Source of the DNA: Candidatus Levybacteria bacterium RIFCSPHIGHO2_01_FULL_41_15
GTDB lineage: Bacteria > Patescibacteriota > Microgenomatia > Levybacterales > UBA12049
Length of the DNA stretch: 64,000 nucleotides
NCBI GenBank assembly: GCA_001782165.1
Contig: MFNV01000002.1
Location: 81,002-145,001, forward strand
Reading direction: 5' to 3'
In this document: piece after piece, positions 52,025 to 62,254 of the stretch
How positions within the stretch are numbered: the first letter of the stretch is position 1
Layout of the letters: each line of letters begins with the position of its first letter
Position numbers and translations under genes: made by a program
Notes under the pieces: generated by a model
Seen by the model: the letters and a program-made list of their open reading frames with translations, nothing else
Database searches by the model: none
Told to the model about the DNA's origin: nothing

Positions 52025-52528
52025 ATGGAAATCATCAAGAATTTTGGGATAGATCCTCTCCTTTTAATCGCCCAGATAGTTAATTTTCTAATAATATTTT
52101 ACATATTAAAAAGGTTTGCCCTAAAACCAATACTTGATATTCTCAAGAAACGAGAAAATACAATAAAGGAGGGACTGAGGGAGGCAGAAGAAGGCAAAAA
52201 GGTACTTGAAGAGGCTTACATTAAAGAAAAAGAAATTCTTAAAAAAGCTCAATCAAGGTCGGAAAAAATAATAGAAGATACCCAAATCCAGGCTTTAGAA
52301 ATTATAAAAGGCGCTGAAGAAAAGACAAAAAAGCAGACAGAACTGATGCTGATATCAGCAAAGGAACAGATGGAAAAGGAGTCTAAAGAAACAGAAAAGA
52401 GAATAGCAATGAGAGTAAGCGATATGGCCTTAGATTTCTTGGAAAAATCTCTAAAAAACCTTTTTGGGGAGAAAGAGCAAAAACAGCTTATGCAAATCGC
52501 CATAAAAAAAATAAAAAAGTCTGACTAA
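52025..52528 (+). CDS. atpF: F0F1 ATP synthase subunit b
   Basis: Single N-terminal TM then long charged coiled-coil. Operon position. Confidence 0.8.
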   Translation: MEIIKNFGIDPLLLIAQIVNFLIIFYILKRFALKPILDILKKRENTIKEGLREAEEGKKVLEEAYIKEKEILKKAQSRSEKIIEDTQIQALEIIKGAEEKTKKQTELMLISAKEQMEKESKETEKRIAMRVSDMALDFLEKSLKNLFGEKEQKQLMQIAIKKIKKSD

Positions 52529-52530
52529 AA

Positions 52531-52890
52531 ATGCATAAAAAAATTAAAATACTTGCACAAAAAAGTTTTGTAAGTGGTCGACTTGATTCTAATCTGGTTA
52601 AACTTGTTGCGTCAAAACTTAAAAAAAAAGAGCTGAAGTTTTACTTAAAGACGTTGAAAAATGTTGAACAAAAAAATACGGTTAAAGTTTATTCGCCATT
52701 AAAAACTGAGAAAACAACAACTTATGAAAGACAATTTAGAGGCATTTTCCCAAATAAAAGGATTGAATTCATTTATAGCCCCCACTTAATTGCGGGATTA
52801 AGAATAATAGACAACGATATCGTCTACGAAATGAGCCTGAAAGATTCCTTAGAAAATCTTATAATGCACATAGAAAATACTTATGAGTAA
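52531..52890 (+). CDS. atpH: F0F1 ATP synthase subunit delta (OSCP), truncated 119-aa form
   Basis: Operon position between atpF and atpA. C-terminal [24 protein letters not shown] resembles the delta C-terminal segment. Confidence 0.55.
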   Translation: MHKKIKILAQKSFVSGRLDSNLVKLVASKLKKKELKFYLKTLKNVEQKNTVKVYSPLKTEKTTTYERQFRGIFPNKRIEFIYSPHLIAGLRIIDNDIVYEMSLKDSLENLIMHIENTYE

Positions 52891-54406
52891 AAACGAAGAG
52901 ATTATTAAGGAACTTGAGAAGAGTCTTGCGACTTTTTCCCAGGAAAAAAGATTTAAAAATGTCGGGTTAGTCGAAAGAAACAGCGACGCAGTTGTAGTTG
53001 CCTCAGGTCTTTCTCAGTCTTTCATAGGAGAGCAAGTCGCTTTTGATAACGGCTCAAAGGGGGTAATCCTAGGCCTTGAGGAGGATTTTGCATCCATCAT
53101 TCTTTTAGGGGAAGGTACGGATATAACAGAGGGAGATAAAATAAGAACTACGGGCAAAATTTTAAGCGTAGTTGTTGAAGATAAACTGATCGGAAGGGTA
53201 ATATCTCCGTTGGGAACACCGCTTGATGGTAAACCCGCCTTAAAAACCGGGAAAATAATGCCTCTTGAAAAAATTGCCCCCGGAGTTATAGAAAGGGAAC
53301 CTGTAAATACTCCTCTTAAAACCGGCATCAAGTTAGTAGATGCCGTAATACCCATAGGAAGAGGGCAAAGAGAACTTATAATAGGCGACCGGGGGCTTGG
53401 TAAAACAGCAATCGCAATTGATGCGATTATCAATCAAAAACCCACAAAGGAATCTAAGCTAAAGCCTGTTATATGTATCTATGTCCCGATAGGACAAAAG
53501 CAAAGCACGGTAGCTCAGGTAATTGCAAGATTGAAGGAATTCGAAGCTATGGAGTACACGATAGTTGTATCTGCTTGTGCATCTGATCCTGCTGCCCTTC
53601 AGTATCTTGCACCCTATGCAGGAATTGCAGTTGCGGAATATTTTCTTGAAAAAGGACAGGATTGTCTTGTAGTTTATGACGATCTTTCAAAACATGCATG
53701 GGCATACAGACAAATTTCGCTTGTTTTAAGACGCCCTGCCGGCCGAGAAGCTTATCCGGGTGATATATTTTACCTTCATTCAAGGTTACTTGAACGCGCG
53801 GTCAAGCTCAATGAAGAGCACGGAGGGGGATCAATAACAGCCCTTCCAATTGTTGAAACTCAAGCAAATGATATCTCAGCATATATACCCACTAATATTA
53901 TTAGTATCACAGACGGGCAGATTTATCTTGAATCAAGCCTTTTTAATGCGGGGGTAAGACCTGCAATTAATGTAGGCAATTCAGTGTCCCGGGTTGGGGG
54001 TGCTGCTCAGACTTCGGGAATCAAGTCAGTCTCAGGAAAGATGAGACTTGATCTTGCTCAGTACAGGGAGCTTGCAGTTTTTGCTCAATTTGGCTCAGAA
54101 CTTGATCAGACAACACTAACTCAACTAGAAAGAGGAAAAAGAATCACGGAAATTCTAAAACAACCCCAATACAGCCCCCTACCTGAGTCTCTTGAAATTT
54201 TAAGCATTTGGACCGTTACAAATGGGTATTTAGATGATATACCTGTTGAATCTATAAAAAAGTTTGAGACAGGGTTCCATAAATTTGTTCAAAGAAATCA
54301 CCAAGATATCATCAAAGCTCTAGAGGATGGAGAAAAGCCAAAAGAAGAAACAATAAAAAAAATGATAAAAGCAATAACCGAATTTAAGAAAACATTTAAT
54401 TCCTAA
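52883..54406 (+). CDS. atpA: F0F1 ATP synthase subunit alpha
   Basis: Walker A GDRGLGKT, 507 aa, typical alpha. Confidence 0.97.
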   Translation: MSKNEEIIKELEKSLATFSQEKRFKNVGLVERNSDAVVVASGLSQSFIGEQVAFDNGSKGVILGLEEDFASIILLGEGTDITEGDKIRTTGKILSVVVEDKLIGRVISPLGTPLDGKPALKTGKIMPLEKIAPGVIEREPVNTPLKTGIKLVDAVIPIGRGQRELIIGDRGLGKTAIAIDAIINQKPTKESKLKPVICIYVPIGQKQSTVAQVIARLKEFEAMEYTIVVSACASDPAALQYLAPYAGIAVAEYFLEKGQDCLVVYDDLSKHAWAYRQISLVLRRPAGREAYPGDIFYLHSRLLERAVKLNEEHGGGSITALPIVETQANDISAYIPTNIISITDGQIYLESSLFNAGVRPAINVGNSVSRVGGAAQTSGIKSVSGKMRLDLAQYRELAVFAQFGSELDQTTLTQLERGKRITEILKQPQYSPLPESLEILSIWTVTNGYLDDIPVESIKKFETGFHKFVQRNHQDIIKALEDGEKPKEETIKKMIKAITEFKKTFNS

Positions 54407-54407
54407 T

Positions 54408-57082
<2,675 letters not shown>

Positions 57083-57086
57083 TTGA

Positions 57087-57713
57087 TTAAGTTATACATA
57101 ATGGTTCGTTTCGTGTACAACATGGACACTCCTCAGGCTTATACAAATCTAATTTTAAAGTAATAAGAGCATCTATCTTATCCACCCCAACATCTTCCGG
57201 GCGTACATCGCCTCGATTACACAAAACAGCAACTCCAACAACAACTCCACCAACTCCTTGCACTGCGCTGATAATATCTCTAATTGACTTACCCGTAGTT
57301 AACACATCATCTACGATTAGAGCATTTTTGCCCTCAACGAGCTCGCTTAATTCGTTATTGCGAAACCGCATCCTTCCTTCTATCTTTTCGACAAACACTG
57401 CTAGAACTTCTCTGCTATTCATCCTTGATAAATGAGTTGCCGTTTTGTCCGATAAAATTACTCCACCTACTGCGGGCGCTACTACTATTCCTATGTCTTT
57501 ATCTTTAAAATCTTGTGCGATCATTTCGCAAAGATCTGAAGTATCTTTTGTATACGGATAAATTAAAGTCTTTTCCACAAATTTACTTGTATGAAGTCCT
57601 GATGCCAGCCGGAAATGGCCTTCTTGAATTACCCCAGCTCTTTCAAATATCTGTCTTACTTTTTCTTCTCGAGCTCTTTTTTCACGAGGATCTCCTTCTA
57701 GAAAGTTTGACAT
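57087..57713 (-). CDS. pyrE: orotate phosphoribosyltransferase-like type I PRTase
   Basis: GHFRLASGLHTSKFVEK (OPRT N-terminal pattern), PRPP loop ALIVDDVLTTGKSI. Unusual Cys-rich tail EECPCCTRNEPLC. Confidence 0.65.
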   Translation of the reverse strand: MSNFLEGDPREKRAREEKVRQIFERAGVIQEGHFRLASGLHTSKFVEKTLIYPYTKDTSDLCEMIAQDFKDKDIGIVVAPAVGGVILSDKTATHLSRMNSREVLAVFVEKIEGRMRFRNNELSELVEGKNALIVDDVLTTGKSIRDIISAVQGVGGVVVGVAVLCNRGDVRPEDVGVDKIDALITLKLDLYKPEECPCCTRNEPLCIT

Positions 57714-57825
57714 ACAAAACGAGACAGAGCAGAACTATTATATATTCATAGTTTTTATTGTCAATAGTTGCTCTTGAGGGTTAAATTTCATAAAATAGAC
57801 TTGTTGTCGAGTCAAACTCGGCTTC

Positions 57826-58006
57826 GCCGGAGTAACTCAGTGGTAGAGTAGCTCTTTCGCCCGCCTGCCATAGCTTGCCAGGATAGCTCAGCTGGTAGAG
57901 CAAGGCTTTCGTAAAGCCGAGGTCGTGGGTTCAAATCCCACTCCTGGCTCAGGCAAGCGGCGGACAGGTAAAGAGCAAGTCGTGGGTTCAAGTCCCACCT
58001 CCGGCT
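57826..58006 (+). tRNA. interrupted 'host' tRNA (Thr-like identity; anticodon depends on splice sites) carrying a 116-nt anticodon-loop intervening sequence that contains tRNA-Thr(CGT)
   Basis: 5' half GCCGGAG/TA/ACTC-AGTGGTA-GAGT/A/GCTCT (57826-57855). 3' half AGAGC/AAGTC/GTGGG-TTCAAGT-CCCAC/CTCCGGC/T (57972-58006). 7/7 acceptor, 4/4 D, 5/5 anticodon, 5/5 T stem pairs. T-arm nearly identical to the nested tRNA-Thr. Confidence 0.6.
57877..57949 (+). tRNA. tRNA-Thr(CGT), nested inside the intervening sequence of the host tRNA
   Basis: GCCAGGA/TA/GCTC-AGCTGGT-AGAGC/A/AGGCT-TTCGTAA-AGCCG/AGGTC/GTGGG-TTCAAAT-CCCAC/TCCTGGC/T. Anticodon CGU. G1-C72 and C2-G71 are Thr-type. Confidence 0.85.
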
Positions 58007-58059
58007 CACATTCTGTACTAAGTTTAATTGAAGTAACTCGTACTGAGTTTTATCGAAGT

Positions 58060-58776
58060 ATGAATAGGAATAAATATTCCCGCCTTTCAAAGCGGCTTGA
58101 AAAGCAGTCTCAAAAAAACCTAATATTAAGTGCTCTTGGAATACTTGTAGTTATTTTCCTTCTTGTGAAATTCGGAATTCCCCTTCTTGTAAATTTTTCC
58201 GTATTTATAGGAAGCTTGGGCAAAGCTGATGAGACCGTTAAAACCGAAACCGAAAGCTTTGTAACTGCGCCCATACTCGATATACCTTTTACTGCCACAA
58301 ACAGTGCTCAAACAAGAATAACAGGGCAGTCAACAGCAGAATCCACAGTTTCAGTTTATCTTAACGGTTCCCTTTTTGAAAAAAACGAAGTTGAGAAGGA
58401 TGGAATTTTCTCTTTTTTAATAACTTTAAATGATGGAGAAAATAGAATAAAAGCAAAAGCTGAGAAAGATAATAAAGAAAGCGACTTCTCTGATGAGCTT
58501 ATTATTATTTATCAGAATAAACCTCCATCTCTTGAGATAAAGTCGCCAACAGAAGGCCAAAAATTTGAAAAAGATCAGAACACGGTTATTGTTACCGGAA
58601 AAACAGATTCGGGAACAAGAGTAACTGTTAACAGCTTTTGGGCGCAGATTGATGAGGAAAATAATTTTTCATACAATCTGACTCTTCATGATGGAGATAA
58701 CGAAATAAAAATAATCGCAGAAGACAAAGCTGGCAATAAAACAGAAAAAAATATAAAGGTCAATTATTCTCCGTAA
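58060..58776 (+). CDS. membrane-anchored protein with two Ig-like (Big-like) beta-sandwich repeats
   Basis: Start moved to ATG at 58060 (the longer ORF overlaps the tRNA genes). TM LILSALGILVVIFLLV. Two about 90-aa repeats ending ...DGENRIKAKAEKD / ...DGDNEIKIIAEDKAGN. Confidence 0.4.
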   Translation: MNRNKYSRLSKRLEKQSQKNLILSALGILVVIFLLVKFGIPLLVNFSVFIGSLGKADETVKTETESFVTAPILDIPFTATNSAQTRITGQSTAESTVSVYLNGSLFEKNEVEKDGIFSFLITLNDGENRIKAKAEKDNKESDFSDELIIIYQNKPPSLEIKSPTEGQKFEKDQNTVIVTGKTDSGTRVTVNSFWAQIDEENNFSYNLTLHDGDNEIKIIAEDKAGNKTEKNIKVNYSP

Positions 58777-58793
58777 GTCCTTTAATGAATTGA

Positions 58794-60361
58794 ATGAATA
58801 GGAAAGTTTTTATTCCACTTTGTGTATTCATTTTATCTAGGCTTATCTTTATTAACTATCTCCCTGTTTTTTTTGATGCCCCGGAATATTTAGACAGATT
58901 TTTCAACCCTGATTACTTTAAGGCAATAATTTCCGGACATCTCCCTCTTCATATCGGGTACATCTTACTATATTGGCCAATATTCCGCTGCGCTATTTTT
59001 TTTGGGTTTAATCCTTCTCTAACAATCATTGTTGCTCAGATCTTATTATCTACCATTGGCATTTACTGCTTTTATCGTTTTATTGAAATAGTAACAAATA
59101 GAAGGATTGCCTTTATTGGATCACTTATCGCAACACTTACTCCATTGTACTGGATAATGAACGTCTCAATCATGACTGAGTCAACATATATAAATTTTTT
59201 TCTAATATCAATATTTTTTTAGCAAAATATGGAAAAGAGGAGGAACACTCTAGGATTACTCTTTTTGCTGGCTGTATATTTTTTGCCTTATCATTTCTCA
59301 CTCACCCCCTTGTCATACTATGGTTACCATTTTTAATATCTGTAATATATTTTTTTAAGAAAGAAAAGATTTTTATTACCCTTCCTGCGGTAATTATCGC
59401 CGTCATTCTAGCGGGTTTATTAAATAGTTTCTTTATTGCAAACGCCTTGAATATATCTTTTCAAAACGGAATATATAAATACTTATTTGGTCAAGGAATA
59501 GCCTTTACACCAACCATTCATTCATTTTTGACGTTAATAAGACTTATTAGAAACGCTGTTATTCCGCTCTTACAAAATAATAATTCTGTTATATTCTTTT
59601 TGGGTGCAATTTCGCTTATTCTGAAATTTAAGGATAGTAAAAAATTATTCACCGTTGGGTTTTTATGGATTATCCCAGCTCTTATTGTAAATCAATGGTT
59701 TGACTTCGACGCTCTCCTTTTTGGCCGTCATGCTGCAATCACAGGGTTTGGATTTGCATTTTTTGCCGCAATATTTTTAGAAAAAAGAAGAATATTATGC
59801 CTTTTGGTAATTTTATATGTACTGGCCTCTTCCCTACCAGCTTTGACTCTTTTAAAGCAGCCCATACCTTATCTTACCGAACAAAAATTTGTTCAACAAC
59901 TTCCTAAAGGGCTTTTGATTGAAAGTCATTTCGCACGTCCTCAGGTTCAAGGGTATTATAATGGCGAAATTATATTTACAAACGAAACAACTTTAAGTAA
60001 GAAAGAGATAGGGAGAATAATCGATAGATACCTAGATAATAACAAACCTATATTTGTTACCTCCCAAGCGCTATCTGATCCATATGGATTGTATTCGGGA
60101 CCATTTCTCCATATGATATCACTTTCTTACGTTAGGGGATATTTCCTAGAAGATGTAATCAGGCTGTATTCGCTGAACGAATACGCAACGATTGATAAAG
60201 ACGCAGGCCTTACGATATACAAAGTAATTGAGAAAACTAATTCTTCCTACCCAAACATTCAAAAATTAAAAAATAATAGACGTCAAATAGATTATTTTGA
60301 CCCTTTAAGTCGATTAATAACATCATTAAGCATATTATTATTTACTCGTTATTATCCATAA
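58794..60361 (+). pseudogene. GT-C superfamily membrane glycosyltransferase (ArnT/PMT-like) interrupted by a frameshift at a T7 homopolymer (two ORFs 58794-59222 and about 59180-60361 overlap)
   Basis: N-terminal ORF (142 aa, frame 0) and downstream ORF (frame -1, open from 59180) overlap across ATATTTTTTTAGC (T7 at 59214-59220). Joined they give an about 520-aa polytopic protein. Confidence 0.55.
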
Positions 60362-61532
60362 TCCCCGCTACTATCCACACCCAAAACATAATGAATGAGT
60401 AAAACAAGCCATTTATGAATAGACTCCCCACAAAAATAGAGACTGTTGACGGAATAAACAAAGATAATTTTTTATTTGATTTTATCAGCTTATACCAAAT
60501 AGATAAGTATAGGATTAGTCCAATGATTCCAGTGGTTGCAAGAATAAATAAATAACTATTGTCCGTAGTCGCATCCGCATGACTTGTCACAGAAATTTTG
60601 CTGCCATATCTCTGTCTTGCAAATTTATAGCTATTAAAACCCACTCCAAATACTGGGTTGTCCTTGAAAATATTAAAAGCTAATCTCGCAGAGTCAAACC
60701 TTGCCTCAGAAGATACTATCCTTAAGAAATTAGTTCCTTCGGTCTTGTAAGCTTTTGGGAGAAGAAAAGTTAAAACAACAAATAAAAAAACTAAGATAAC
60801 TATGTAGATTGGTCTTCTTTTGAGAATAAAAAACATCACAGCCCCAACTATAAGCATTATGAATGCACTTCTTGAGTAAGTTAAAAGTATCGCAAGAAAT
60901 GTACAGACTGAAAGAAAAGAGTAAATAAGCAATTTTTTTTTGTTTTTCAAATTTTCGAATATCAAATCCAACAAAAAAAGGAAATACAATACAAAAAAAG
61001 CTCCGGCAAAATTGGGATCTAAAAAAACTGAAAACATCCTGTATAAATGCTCATCCCAACCCAAATAGAAAAGATTTCTTAAACTTTGATAGAAAGTAAA
61101 TTGTATAAATCCTGCTGTCACAATAATCGCGCCAATGAAAATAAGATATGATTTAATTGTGTCTTTAAACTCTCGATCAAAACTACTGACTATTGTAAAA
61201 AGACTTGCATACCCAACCCACCTTAATAAATATGCAAACGAGACGATACCTTGGTTTAAATCCAAAAATTTTAGATTTATTAAAAGGGTCCATAAACAGT
61301 AAATAGAAAAAATAAGTGCTGGAGCATAAATGGTTTTTGATATTCTTTTCTTCAGGAATGAATATATCAACCAAAAGCCAAAAGTTAACGCAACTGTAAG
61401 ATCTAATAATTTTGTTTCAATTCCAAAAATTGAAAAACGAATAAGTTCACCAAAAACAAAAGAAACCAAACAAACTATAATAAGAACTTTTAGTACATTG
61501 ATGTTTACTATTTCTTTTGCCATAATTGCCAA
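60342..61532 (-). CDS. O-antigen ligase/polymerase (Wzy_C)-like polytopic membrane protein
   Basis: 396 aa, about 10-12 TM helices. Central loop LTYSRSAFIMLIVGAVMFF resembles the O-antigen ligase domain. Confidence 0.5.
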   Translation of the reverse strand: MAIMAKEIVNINVLKVLIIVCLVSFVFGELIRFSIFGIETKLLDLTVALTFGFWLIYSFLKKRISKTIYAPALIFSIYCLWTLLINLKFLDLNQGIVSFAYLLRWVGYASLFTIVSSFDREFKDTIKSYLIFIGAIIVTAGFIQFTFYQSLRNLFYLGWDEHLYRMFSVFLDPNFAGAFFVLYFLFLLDLIFENLKNKKKLLIYSFLSVCTFLAILLTYSRSAFIMLIVGAVMFFILKRRPIYIVILVFLFVVLTFLLPKAYKTEGTNFLRIVSSEARFDSARLAFNIFKDNPVFGVGFNSYKFARQRYGSKISVTSHADATTDNSYLFILATTGIIGLILYLSIWYKLIKSNKKLSLFIPSTVSIFVGSLFINGLFYSFIMFWVWIVAGIMDNNE

Positions 61533-62254
61533 AGCTTTCCGCGGACTAGAAATGAATGAAAGCTCATCATAAGAGCATATATTAAACCCCGTATCCCGTC
61601 TAGAAAACCGAGCTTCAAAAAATAATTGAGAATAAATTTTCCTTTAGTATAAATAATAATCTCTAAAAATCCTGATCTGACTTTTTTTTCAAAGAGTTCT
61701 TTTGCCCGGAGATTGGTATAAAAATTAATTTCCGTAAGGAATTCATTTACTGTTTGATGAGGATAATGATAGAGTGAATTTTCTAATTTCCCCACTTTTC
61801 CTTTAATCTTCCATTCCTCGTGAATCTTCCCCTCCCATTTTCCCTGTAATTTTCTTGCAAGTCGCAGAAGCCAAATATTTCCCGTCTCCCCATGCTTCAA
61901 TTCCTTACCCCATGTGAAATCTCTTCTCTTAATATAAAACCCGCTGCATTGGTTAATTGGATTATTGGTTAATCCGATTATTTCTTCGCAAAGCGAAGGA
62001 GTTACTCTCTCATCTGCGTCTACAAAGAATACCCACTCATTTTTCGCCTTTTCCAAACCAAAATTCCTCTGAGAAAAGAAATCACCGTTTAAATCTCTTC
62101 TGAAGACTTTCGCGCCCAGCTCTTCAGCTATTTCTCTCGTCTTATCAGTTGAATTATCGTCAATTAAGATTATTTCATCACACCACTTAACACTCTTGAT
62201 ACAATCTTCTATATTTTTTTCCTCATTTTTAGTTAAAATAACAGCAGATATCAT
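61508..62254 (-). CDS. family 2 glycosyltransferase
   Basis: MISAVILTKNEEKNIEDCIKSVKWCDEIILIDDNSTDKT and DADE motifs (GT-A fold). 248 aa. Confidence 0.85.
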   Translation of the reverse strand: MISAVILTKNEEKNIEDCIKSVKWCDEIILIDDNSTDKTREIAEELGAKVFRRDLNGDFFSQRNFGLEKAKNEWVFFVDADERVTPSLCEEIIGLTNNPINQCSGFYIKRRDFTWGKELKHGETGNIWLLRLARKLQGKWEGKIHEEWKIKGKVGKLENSLYHYPHQTVNEFLTEINFYTNLRAKELFEKKVRSGFLEIIIYTKGKFILNYFLKLGFLDGIRGLIYALMMSFHSFLVRGKLWQLWQKK

